Notes: generated by a model from the sequence alone, not told the origin. A DNA stretch of 64,000 bases from Bacillota bacterium (GCA_023398335.1 JAEWSJ010000006.1:1881-65880); one strand, 5' to 3'; positions 9,130-18,073 are shown, numbered from the stretch's first letter. Numbers and translations are program-made.

Positions 9130-11112
9130 TTAGTCGAAGATGTAACTTGCAAGTTCAGGATAATCAATGAATGGATTTCTATTATTTTGATGTTTATAGA
9201 TTCCGTTATTTCGATTGATTTCTTTTTCTGAAACTGGATCATTCTTAGCCCATTCTCTAAATAGATTTAATGAATAGGATGTGAGTTTTGTGTAATTTGA
9301 ACTAACGAAATGATGTCCCCAATTACCAGCAACATCTTGATAGGCTGTGGCCATGTAGAAATACGATCTAGCGATATCGCCTTTGTATTCATCTGTAACC
9401 TCAAAGACAGTTCCTTGTCCATCTTTACTGGTCCCTAAGCGGCAGTTGTTTGTAGAAGTGTATTTTTCTGTTCCTGATTTAACATTTCCAAATAGATAAC
9501 TACTTCTAATACCATTAACTTTTCCATCACTTGGATAAATATGGAAGGCATCTGATACATATGGAGAAGATTTACCAAACCATGATTGTGGAACGGCGTG
9601 TTCTTTATTGAAACAGTCGCCTTCCTTTTTATATGTTCCACTATAGTCAGATAGTTTGTAATTAGTTGAGGAATAAATATCCCAAACTTTTCCATCTGGT
9701 CTTATATCTGAGTCTTTATAGACTGTTGTTTGTAAACTTGAATATCCAATAACAGTGTGTTTGTTAATTAGTTTTCCAAGATCGGTCTTTAGCGACTCTT
9801 TAGATTTGGTAAAGTCGATGTTAGAATAATATTTTTTAACTGATTCAGGTAAGTTGGTATCTCCACTTGCGGCTTGAATTGCTTTAACGGTTAAGTTAAT
9901 TGTTTTGGTATCTTTCTTTACACCATCGATAGATATTTCTACTGTAAGTGTTACTGCAACATCTGTTTCGCCTTCTTGAGGACGGATGACGTTGCCATAG
10001 TTTGAAATAGCACTTGTATTTGAACTTATCCATTTATATGTTATTCCGTATTCTTCAGATACTGGGAAAATTAAGTCTGATGTAATAGTTGTATTGTTAA
10101 GATCTAATGTTCCTTGAATTGAAGAAATTGCATATTCTAGTTTCTCTTGGTCGGTTTCTGGCTCTTTTAAAGATACTTGAGAAGAAGAAGTTAGACATAT
10201 CTCTGGAGTACCATTATAAGAATTGGCAAAGCCACCTTTAATTGTTATTGTTGATCCGGATTTTTGATTTTTTAATAAAGTGTTAATATTTCCAATTTCT
10301 AGACAGGTTTTTTTAACGAATAACTTAATATCAGAAGAGCCAATTTTTGCATTGAGACTTAAGTCACCTCCGCTGGTATAAGAATAATCTGTTGTTAAAA
10401 CTATTTTTGCGCTGACAGTTTGATATTTATTTGAGTTAATTTCTGCAGCGGAATTAATATCTATTGGATTGATTTTATTGGTATCAATTAACGTTGCTGT
10501 AAAATTAGTTAACTGTTTGTTTCCACCAAATTCACCAATCTGTCCATTAAATTCAACCAAGTCATTAATTTTATTATTAAATGATTGGTTTTTATAAAAG
10601 ACATAGAAACCACCAGTAGGATCTTGAATATATGCTCCGGTTCCATCTATTCCAGTAACTGTTCCTAGGCATTTTACCGTTGTATTAGCTGCTTTTGTAT
10701 GTAAAGAAGCAAGAGAATCATATTTAGAATAGTCTATTTTTCCGCCATCATCATCATTTGTATCGCTAGAAGATGAACTTGATGATGAATCACTACTACT
10801 TGGTGTATCACTAGTAGGTTTATCAGTTGTATCTGAAGGAGTACTTGGTGTATCACTCGTAGGTGTATCACTCGTAGGTGCACTGGTAGGAGCGTCTGTT
10901 GTTGTGTTGGATGGAGTGTTATTTGATGTAGTTGAATCTCCATTTGACGTAGGATTAGAAGTCGTATCAGATGTCTGAGTAGAATCAAGAGACGATGTGT
11001 TATTACTTGGTGTTGAAGATGAATCACCAATAATAGAACTTGAATTTCCGTCACATGATGTTATTGTAAGCATGATTGCACATAAAGCAATCGGTAATAT
11101 CTTTTTTTTCAT
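9130..11112 (-). CDS. Surface lipoprotein: extracellular endonuclease I (EndA/Vvn) family nuclease with S/T/D/P-rich linker and Ig-like middle domain
   Basis: Lipoprotein signal peptide MKKKILPIALCAIMLTITSC (lipobox ITSC). Low-complexity Ser/Thr/Asp/Pro linker of about 100 aa. C-terminus carries endonuclease I motifs (FNKEHAVPQSW, DAFHIYPSDGKVNGIRSS, YKGDIARSYFYMA). The start at 11112 (MKKK) is preferred over the upstream in-frame ATG at 11127. Confidence 0.75.
   Translation of the reverse strand: MKKKILPIALCAIMLTITSCDGNSSSIIGDSSSTPSNNTSSLDSTQTSDTTSNPTSNGDSTTSNNTPSNTTTDAPTSAPTSDTPTSDTPSTPSDTTDKPTSDTPSSSDSSSSSSSSDTNDDDGGKIDYSKYDSLASLHTKAANTTVKCLGTVTGIDGTGAYIQDPTGGFYVFYKNQSFNNKINDLVEFNGQIGEFGGNKQLTNFTATLIDTNKINPIDINSAAEINSNKYQTVSAKIVLTTDYSYTSGGDLSLNAKIGSSDIKLFVKKTCLEIGNINTLLKNQKSGSTITIKGGFANSYNGTPEICLTSSSQVSLKEPETDQEKLEYAISSIQGTLDLNNTTITSDLIFPVSEEYGITYKWISSNTSAISNYGNVIRPQEGETDVAVTLTVEISIDGVKKDTKTINLTVKAIQAASGDTNLPESVKKYYSNIDFTKSKESLKTDLGKLINKHTVIGYSSLQTTVYKDSDIRPDGKVWDIYSSTNYKLSDYSGTYKKEGDCFNKEHAVPQSWFGKSSPYVSDAFHIYPSDGKVNGIRSSYLFGNVKSGTEKYTSTNNCRLGTSKDGQGTVFEVTDEYKGDIARSYFYMATAYQDVAGNWGHHFVSSNYTKLTSYSLNLFREWAKNDPVSEKEINRNNGIYKHQNNRNPFIDYPELASYIFD
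10803..10877. repeat. In-frame 15-bp tandem repeat inside the lipoprotein linker
   Basis: GTGTATCACTCGTAG occurs perfectly twice (10848-10862 and 10863-10877), with a near copy at 10803-10817. It encodes a reiterated (P)TSDT pentapeptide. Confidence 0.7.
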
Positions 11113-11270
11113 TAAAAAAGCCCCCATTATTCTTCCCTAGTTATTAATATAACATGTGGATATATATTTTTAAAGTGGAAGAAAGCAACATATGATTTTT
11201 AGTGCGTAAAATAATACTAATATTGCGGTTTTTTTATTGCGTGTTGTAGTTAGTGAAATAGCGTTAAATA

Positions 11271-11279
11271 TGCTATAAT
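11271..11279 (+). promoter_or_regulatory. Candidate extended -10 promoter element for the rsmB-like/rlmN operon
   Basis: TGcTATAAT lies 21 nt upstream of ATG at 11300. No good -35 is seen. Confidence 0.35.
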
Positions 11280-11299
11280 TTTTATGTACAGGTAAAAAC

Positions 11300-12574
11300 A
11301 TGAATGTTATTGGGATAGGACTTAAAGCGCTAAAAGAAATAATTGATAATAAAACATCTTATCATATTGTTTTAGAACGCATGAAATCACAATATAATTT
11401 GAACGAAGATGATAAAAAAAGACTATACAGTATTGTTTTAGGCTCTATGCGTCATTTTACATATTTACAATATGAAGCGACATCTTTATATACTGAATTT
11501 CAAAAGGATGATGATGAAATATATTTGTTGATTATTTCTTTATTTGAAATTCGTTATAAAAACAAGATTATCGCACCTTTCTTAACTATTGAAGATGCGT
11601 GTGCAACTTCGGAATATTTACAATTGAGATTTGATATCAATCAACTCCAAGAGAATTTGAATACACTTTCAAAAAGTAAAACACTATTACCAGACACATT
11701 ATTCAAAGACCCATATAAGTATAATTCCTTGTTTTTTTCAACTCCTGAATGGTTGATTAAAATGTGGGCTAAACAATATGGTGATGAGACTTGTATGAAC
11801 ATATTGCTTTCAAATCAAAGACATCAAACTATTTTTCTTGCAGTAAATACATTAAAAGTAAGTAGGGATGAGATTGTGGAAGCGGAATATTACAATCCGG
11901 TAGATGCCTGCGATACTGCAGTTATTTATTCTTCTCATTTTAATTTTAGTGAACAGGTTGAAGCTAGTTTAGGAAAATTGTATGTCCAAGATTTGTCTCT
12001 TCAAGTTATGCTTGATCAAATTGAGTACTTCTATGGTATGCACGCTCTTCATCTTAATGGAATTACTGGGTCCTTATCTTCAAATGTTGCAATACGTTTA
12101 GCTTCGGAAGAAGGAAAAATAGAGACTGTTTTAACAAATGAAGTTAGGTATAGACGCTGTAAGTATCAATATAGCAGGTTGGATTTAAAAAATGCCAATG
12201 CGATATTTTCTAAACTATCATTAGTTAAAACTTATTGTATATATAACGATTATGACTTGGTTTTTGTTACTCCTCCTTCATCGTATTTAGGTCAAATTAG
12301 AAGAAGACCAGATATTTTAGTCACGATTGATAAAAAAGATATTAAGGACATTGTTATTAAGCAAAAAGAGATGTTAAACGAAGCTAAAGATTATGTTAGA
12401 ATAGGTGGTCAATTAGTTTATTCAGTTCAAACAATAAATCTTGATGAGACTAAAGAGGTAGTGGAAGATTTTATTAGAAATAACGATAATTATGAACTTG
12501 TGACAAGTAGACAAATATTTCCTTTTGAATTTAACTCAGATGGATTATATTACGCAATATTAAGGAAAAATTAA
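11300..12574 (+). CDS. RsmB/Sun-family protein with degenerate catalytic motifs (probable pseudo-methyltransferase)
   Basis: 424 aa. NusB-like N-domain plus NOL1/NOP2/Sun fold, colinear with E. coli RsmB. Motif I DLCAAPGGKT reads HLNGITGSLS. Motif IV DAPCSATG reads TPPSSYLG. Motif VI TCS reads VQT. Confidence 0.7.
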   Translation: MNVIGIGLKALKEIIDNKTSYHIVLERMKSQYNLNEDDKKRLYSIVLGSMRHFTYLQYEATSLYTEFQKDDDEIYLLIISLFEIRYKNKIIAPFLTIEDACATSEYLQLRFDINQLQENLNTLSKSKTLLPDTLFKDPYKYNSLFFSTPEWLIKMWAKQYGDETCMNILLSNQRHQTIFLAVNTLKVSRDEIVEAEYYNPVDACDTAVIYSSHFNFSEQVEASLGKLYVQDLSLQVMLDQIEYFYGMHALHLNGITGSLSSNVAIRLASEEGKIETVLTNEVRYRRCKYQYSRLDLKNANAIFSKLSLVKTYCIYNDYDLVFVTPPSSYLGQIRRRPDILVTIDKKDIKDIVIKQKEMLNEAKDYVRIGGQLVYSVQTINLDETKEVVEDFIRNNDNYELVTSRQIFPFEFNSDGLYYAILRKN

Positions 12575-12577
12575 AAT

Positions 12578-13636
12578 ATGGAAGAAAAAACAAACATCTA
12601 CGGTTTAACACTTGAACAATTAGCAACGCAAATGGTTGGACTTGGTCAAAAAACATTTAGAGGCAAGCAACTTTTTTCATGGCTTTATCAAAAAGATGTT
12701 CGTGATTTTTCAGCTATGAGTGATGTTTCAAAGTCTTTTCAAGAAGTACTTAATAACAAGTATTCATTAAACGTCCCACATATTTTTACTAAGCAATTAT
12801 CAGAAGACGGAACTATCAAGTTACTTTTGGAACTTGAAGACGGACAAAAAGTTGAAACGGTTTTGATGCATTATATTTATGGTGATGCAATTTGTGTTAC
12901 TTCTCAAGTGGGATGTAATATGGGTTGTGCTTTTTGTGCCTCAGGATTACTTAAGAAAAAAAGAAATCTTGAAACTTATGAAATGATAGGTCAATTAATA
13001 GTATTAAATGATGTATTAAAAGAAATTGATCCTTCTCGTAAAGTTACTCATATCGTAGTTATGGGTACTGGCGAGCCATTTGATAATTATACTAATGTCA
13101 TTAATTTTATCAAGATTGCTAACTCGCAGTTTGGTCTTTCTATCGGGGCTAGACATATCACTGTTTCTTCTTCTGGTGTTATCCCAGGAATACTTCAATA
13201 TGGTAAAGAAGGACTTCAAGTTAATTTAGCTATATCTTTGCATGCTCCAAATAACGAGATAAGAAACAAAATAATGCCAATAAATAAGGCTTATCCTTTA
13301 GAAGAACTTATTCCTGCAATTATTCAATATGGTGTTGATAGCGGCGGAAGAAGAGTTACTTATGAATATATAATGATTCAAGGACTAAATGATTCAGAAG
13401 ATAATGCACGTGAATTAATTGAATTAATTAAGCCTACTTTTGGTTACGTTAATTTAATCCCATATAACGAAGTAATGGAAAATGATTTTAAACGTTCCTC
13501 CAATAATCGTATACATAGATTCCACGAAATCTTATTAGCAGCTGGGATTAAATCAACTATTAGAAAAGAATTTGGTGCAGATATTGATGCGGCCTGTGGT
13601 CAATTAAGAGCGAGATATGAGAAACGACAAGGTTGA
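12578..13636 (+). CDS. rlmN: 23S rRNA/tRNA (adenine-C2)-methyltransferase, radical SAM
   Basis: 352 aa. Radical-SAM cluster motif CNMGCAFCASG. Conserved position after rsmB. Ends at a TGA stop. Confidence 0.9.
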   Translation: MEEKTNIYGLTLEQLATQMVGLGQKTFRGKQLFSWLYQKDVRDFSAMSDVSKSFQEVLNNKYSLNVPHIFTKQLSEDGTIKLLLELEDGQKVETVLMHYIYGDAICVTSQVGCNMGCAFCASGLLKKKRNLETYEMIGQLIVLNDVLKEIDPSRKVTHIVVMGTGEPFDNYTNVINFIKIANSQFGLSIGARHITVSSSGVIPGILQYGKEGLQVNLAISLHAPNNEIRNKIMPINKAYPLEELIPAIIQYGVDSGGRRVTYEYIMIQGLNDSEDNARELIELIKPTFGYVNLIPYNEVMENDFKRSSNNRIHRFHEILLAAGIKSTIRKEFGADIDAACGQLRARYEKRQG

Positions 13637-14387
13637 GATATATTCCGATATTAATGTCGGATTAAAAAGAAGCAATAATGAAGATCAAGCTGGAGTCTTA
13701 AATTTAAGTGATTACCAGGTTCTTTTGATTGCGGATGGAATGGGTGGACATCTTAAAGGCGAAGTCGCCTCTGATATTGTTAAAACTATCGTGTTGGATT
13801 TATTAGCAAATGAAGATAAACCACGTTCAATAAGAGAAGCTAAAAGAAATATTAAACACATAATTAAGAAAGCAAATAGTCAAATATATCGTTTATCATC
13901 TTCCAAAGATGAATACTATGGAATGGGAACGACACTTGTTCTTGCTATGGTACTTGATGAGGAAACAATAATTGTAAATTGTGGGGATTCTCGAGCATAC
14001 GCATACTTAAAGTCAGATAATTCGTTACGACAAATTACCGTTGATCAAACTTGTGTAGAGTATTTATATGAACTTGGGGCAATATCTAAAGAAGAGATGC
14101 TAACTCATCCAAAAAGACATGTTTTGATGAATGCGTTAGGCATTGGACCTTCAGTAAGCTGCGATTTTACAATAGTAGATAATTCTTCTTACGATATATT
14201 GTTCTTGTGTTCCGATGGTTATTCAAATATGGTTAATGAAAATCAAACGATTGAATTACTGAAGAAAAACGAGAGAGCAGATGCGAAGACATTAACGGAT
14301 ATTCTTATTGCAAAAGCGATAGAAAATGGTGGGGTTGACAATATTTCTATTAGTTTATTGGAGGTAAAGAGAAATGAAAATAAATGA
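13617..14387 (+). CDS. stp: PP2C-family Ser/Thr protein phosphatase (Stp/PrpC)
   Basis: 256 aa. PP2C motifs (DGMGGH, GDSRAY, CSDG). Overlaps rlmN and the kinase gene in the operon. Confidence 0.85.
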   Translation: MRNDKVEIYSDINVGLKRSNNEDQAGVLNLSDYQVLLIADGMGGHLKGEVASDIVKTIVLDLLANEDKPRSIREAKRNIKHIIKKANSQIYRLSSSKDEYYGMGTTLVLAMVLDEETIIVNCGDSRAYAYLKSDNSLRQITVDQTCVEYLYELGAISKEEMLTHPKRHVLMNALGIGPSVSCDFTIVDNSSYDILFLCSDGYSNMVNENQTIELLKKNERADAKTLTDILIAKAIENGGVDNISISLLEVKRNENK

Positions 14388-15249
14388 CATTCTTGATGAT
14401 AGATATCAAATTGAAAGTGTTCTAGGTGAAGGTGGAATGGCGATTGTCTATAAAGCCAAAGATGTTATTACTGATAAAGAAGTAGCGATTAAAATCATCA
14501 AAGAAGAAACGATGAAAAATCCTTTGAATCTTACAAGATTTGAAAGAGAAGCTCGTGCTGCCGCATCTTTAAAGCATCAAAATATTGTTCAAGTATCAAA
14601 TTTAGGAACTTTTGAAAATAGACCTTATATGGTTACTGAACTTGTTAACGGACGTACTTTAAGAGAAACTCTTTCTTTAAGAGGTAAATTTTCATTTTTA
14701 GAAGCTTGTGATATTATGTATCAACTTTGCTCTGCTGTTTATTATGCTCACCAACATGGTGTTATTCATCGTGATATTAAACCACAAAACGTTTTTATTA
14801 CTGCTGATGGAACCATTAAACTTGGTGACTTTGGTATTGCTACATTTCAAAATAGTGCCCATGTTACTCGTTCTGATGTTGTTGTTGGTTCGGTTCATTA
14901 TTTAGCCCCGGAGATTTCTCAAGGAAATCCTGCTTCTCCTCAGTCAGATATATATTCATTAGGAATTACTTTCTTTGAACTTATTACTGGTAGAGTACCT
15001 TTCGATGATGAATCGGCTGTTACTGTTGCCTTAAAGCACATTAAAGAAAAATTCCCAAGTGTAAGAAAATACAATCCAAAAACTCCTTTGATTATTGAAA
15101 AAATAATCTATAAAGCCTGTGCAAAATCTCCGGTTGATCGTTATAGATCTGCAGTAGATATGCGTAAAGATATTGAAAGAATCCTTCAAAATCCGGATTT
15201 AATTAAAAAGGATCATGGTTTTTGGTATCGTCTATTTCACAAGAATTAA
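14374..15249 (+). CDS. Ser/Thr protein kinase, Hanks-type kinase domain only (no TM or PASTA domains)
   Basis: 291 aa. GEGGMAIVYKA glycine loop, VAIK, HRDIKPQN, DFG and APE motifs. The protein ends right after the kinase domain. Confidence 0.85.
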   Translation: MKINDILDDRYQIESVLGEGGMAIVYKAKDVITDKEVAIKIIKEETMKNPLNLTRFEREARAAASLKHQNIVQVSNLGTFENRPYMVTELVNGRTLRETLSLRGKFSFLEACDIMYQLCSAVYYAHQHGVIHRDIKPQNVFITADGTIKLGDFGIATFQNSAHVTRSDVVVGSVHYLAPEISQGNPASPQSDIYSLGITFFELITGRVPFDDESAVTVALKHIKEKFPSVRKYNPKTPLIIEKIIYKACAKSPVDRYRSAVDMRKDIERILQNPDLIKKDHGFWYRLFHKN

Positions 15250-15256
15250 TTGATAT

Positions 15257-16126
15257 ATGAATGGAAAAATAGTATCTGGAACCAGAAGAGAATATTGCGT
15301 TGAACTAACGGATGGAACACGTATTTTTTGTCCGGTAAGAAAGACTTTGGTGACAAACAGCGGTCCTTTGTTTATCGGTGATAATATCGTTCTTGATGAA
15401 ACGAAAAGTATCGTTGGATTAATTGAAAGAACAAATTTATTATTTAGGCCTAAGATTGCCAATCTTGATTATGCTGTAGTAGTTTGTTCGACATATAAGC
15501 CAGCTTTTTCTTCTTATTTGTTAGATAAATTTCTTACGTATTTAAACAGTTGTCATATTAAATCACTTATCGTGTTTACCAAGATGGATTGTTTAAATTA
15601 TAAGGAAAAGAAAGAAATTGAGGAAATAAAGAAATATTATGAATCAATTGGTTTTACCTGTTATTTAACAAGTACCAATGATAAATCATCAATTGAAACT
15701 CTCAATGACGAAATAAACAAAAAAGTTATTGCGTTTATGGGCCAAACTGGTGCGGGAAAATCATCGCTTATTAATATGTTAGATCCTTTATTTGAAAGAG
15801 CGGTTGGACAATATTCCGAAGCGTTAGGTAGAGGAAAGCATCAAACTAAAGAAGTTATCTTGCTAAAGCATAATGAAGGGTTAATCGGAGATACTCCAGG
15901 CTTCTCTTCGTTTGATTTACCGTTAAGTATCAATGAAGCTAGTTATTATTTTCCTGGCTTTTCACAATATGCGTTAAAATGTTATTATAATAATTGTATT
16001 CACATTAATGAAAATAAATGTTTAATCAAGGACAAGGTAAGTGAAGGAGTTATTTCTTCTGAAGCTTACACTAATTATTTAAAAATTATCAAAGAAATTA
16101 AAGAAGGGAGAAAAGATGTCCACTAA
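15257..16126 (+). CDS. rsgA: Ribosome small-subunit-dependent GTPase A
   Basis: 289 aa. Circularly permuted GTPase with GQTGAGKSSLIN and a C-terminal zinc finger (CYYNNCIHINENKC). Confidence 0.85.
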   Translation: MNGKIVSGTRREYCVELTDGTRIFCPVRKTLVTNSGPLFIGDNIVLDETKSIVGLIERTNLLFRPKIANLDYAVVVCSTYKPAFSSYLLDKFLTYLNSCHIKSLIVFTKMDCLNYKEKKEIEEIKKYYESIGFTCYLTSTNDKSSIETLNDEINKKVIAFMGQTGAGKSSLINMLDPLFERAVGQYSEALGRGKHQTKEVILLKHNEGLIGDTPGFSSFDLPLSINEASYYFPGFSQYALKCYYNNCIHINENKCLIKDKVSEGVISSEAYTNYLKIIKEIKEGRKDVH

Positions 16127-16787
16127 AGCAAAAGAGATTATAGTATCTCCTTCTCTACTCAGTGCTTCATTGCCTTATTTAGATAGAGAAGTAAAATCGG
16201 TAAAAGAATCAGGTTGTCAATGGCTACATTATGATATTATGGATGGAGATTTTGTTCCTAATATTACTTTTGGGCCGGATTTTGTTAAAGCGTTTCATGG
16301 GTATGGATTATTTAATGATGTTCATTTAATGATCAGTTCGCCTTTAAAATACGCTAAAAAGTTTATAACTAATGGAGCTGATTTAATTACTTTCCATTAT
16401 GAAGCGGTAAAAGATGTATTAGAAACTCAAGAAGCAATACGTCATATGTCTAAGGATATTCGGGTGGGATTATCGATTAAACCACGTACTCCGATTGAGG
16501 ATATTTTACCTTTTGTAAATTATTTTGATTTAATCTTAGTAATGTCGGTTGAGCCAGGGTTTTCCGGTCAAGAATTCATACCTTCCTCCTTAGAAAAGAT
16601 TAAAACTTTACGCAAATATATCGATGATCAAAAACTAAAAACTTTGATTGAAGTTGATGGTGGCGTTAATGATAAAACTATCGCTTCTGTATTAGAAGCG
16701 GGAGTAGATGTTGTTGTTACTGGATCTTATTTCTTTAATCAAATTGATCGCACTAAGTGTGTGCATATATTAAAAGGTATAAATTAA
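16116..16787 (+). CDS. rpe: Ribulose-phosphate 3-epimerase
   Basis: 223 aa. TIM barrel with HYDIMDG, the metal-binding His/Asp residues and VDGG. Confidence 0.9.
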   Translation: MSTKAKEIIVSPSLLSASLPYLDREVKSVKESGCQWLHYDIMDGDFVPNITFGPDFVKAFHGYGLFNDVHLMISSPLKYAKKFITNGADLITFHYEAVKDVLETQEAIRHMSKDIRVGLSIKPRTPIEDILPFVNYFDLILVMSVEPGFSGQEFIPSSLEKIKTLRKYIDDQKLKTLIEVDGGVNDKTIASVLEAGVDVVVTGSYFFNQIDRTKCVHILKGIN

Positions 16788-17398
16788 TGAGAAAAGTAAT
16801 TCTCGTTACTAGTACTTCTTCTCCCTCTCTTATTAGTCGGTTTTTAGATTATGAGATTGTCGGACTTGATGAAGGAATTGATGTTGCTCGTCAATCTGGA
16901 GCAAAACTATCGCTAGCTATCTCAACTTTTGAAGAGGTATCTTTGCAACATGTTTTATCGTTTATGCCTAAAGATAAGATTGTTCGCTACACGAATAGTG
17001 AAGGTGATACACCTTATTTAAAAGTGGTTGATTATTTATTTTCTCTTGGAATCGAAGAAATTGTTATATTGGCTTCTCTCCAGTCGAGATTTGATTTGAT
17101 TCATGGCTCATTATTAACCCTAAAGAATGCTAAGGGTAATGTCATGATTCAAGATGATAACAGCATTATGATGTATTATCAAAAAGGCAGTCATGTTATT
17201 AATAAACAAGATTATTCAATGCTTTATATTATTGGGTTTCCACAAGCCAATATTTCAATGGAACATGTAGAAAGACCGGTCAAGAATTTAAAACTTGATT
17301 TTACAGCGGACCACGCATTAAAAAATGCTATTCTTGAAAGAGTTGCAGTTTTAAAGGTTAATGAAGGAGGAGTACTTTTAGTACTAGCACGAGAATGA
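16787..17398 (+). CDS. thiN: Thiamine pyrophosphokinase family protein (diverged)
   Basis: About 203 aa from the ATG overlapping the rpe stop (TAATG). Colinear with B. subtilis YloS/ThiN and in the conserved position before rpmB. The GDFDS and KDQTD motifs are altered (STFEE, EGDTP). Confidence 0.55.
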   Translation: MRKVILVTSTSSPSLISRFLDYEIVGLDEGIDVARQSGAKLSLAISTFEEVSLQHVLSFMPKDKIVRYTNSEGDTPYLKVVDYLFSLGIEEIVILASLQSRFDLIHGSLLTLKNAKGNVMIQDDNSIMMYYQKGSHVINKQDYSMLYIIGFPQANISMEHVERPVKNLKLDFTADHALKNAILERVAVLKVNEGGVLLVLARE

Positions 17399-18042
17399 TT
17401 AAATATATATTCCCACTTATCGCCTTAATTTTAGGATTATTAATTGTCTTTTTACCACATTTTATGAGAATGAATCAAAGCGATAATAAATTCAGCCTTT
17501 TAAATAGTTTTCCTTTTGAGACGCCGATTGATTATCGAACCAGAATCATATATTTATTATTATTTGGTTTGTTTACGTTAATGTGTGCTGAATCATATAG
17601 TTCAGCTTTATTCATTCCATCAAAAAATATCGGTATGATATCTGCACTTATTCTATTTATTATTTCAGATATTGCGATGTTTGGTTCAATTTGTTTCACT
17701 TTGGAATATTACCGTTATCATATTATTGCGGATGCAATATTCTTCGTAACAAAGATCGGTGCGGGATTAACATTATGTATCACTTGTTTAACCAGCGAAT
17801 TATACATTGAATTTACTTTATGGATCAGCATTGTCATCGGTGTTATTTCTCTAATTTGTTTAGGTTTATTATTTATTCCAAAATTAAAGAAATGGATGTA
17901 TTTAGAAAAGAGCGAGATGAACGGACATGTTACATATATCCGTCCAAAAGTATCGATTCTCGCATTAGTTGAATGGATATTCATTATTGCAGAAATAGTC
18001 ATTATGCTACTTCTTGTTATTAATGGTGTCTTATTAATGTGA
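17395..18042 (+). CDS. Hypothetical polytopic membrane protein
   Basis: 215 aa with 5-6 predicted TM helices. No recognised motifs. Confidence 0.5.
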   Translation: MIKYIFPLIALILGLLIVFLPHFMRMNQSDNKFSLLNSFPFETPIDYRTRIIYLLLFGLFTLMCAESYSSALFIPSKNIGMISALILFIISDIAMFGSICFTLEYYRYHIIADAIFFVTKIGAGLTLCITCLTSELYIEFTLWISIVIGVISLICLGLLFIPKLKKWMYLEKSEMNGHVTYIRPKVSILALVEWIFIIAEIVIMLLLVINGVLLM

Positions 18043-18049
18043 TTTAGGA

Positions 18050-18073
18050 CTCCTGGTAAAACAGGAGTTTTTT
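18050..18073 (+). terminator. Intrinsic terminator of the plus-strand operon
   Basis: CTCCTG-gtaaaa-CAGGAG hairpin followed by TTTTTT. Confidence 0.7.

Noticed and set aside
10734-11054. 106-aa H/L/Q-rich ORF on the minus strand
   Set aside because: It is an alternative frame of the Ser/Thr-rich low-complexity linker of the nuclease lipoprotein. It is a compositional artefact with no RBS or start context.
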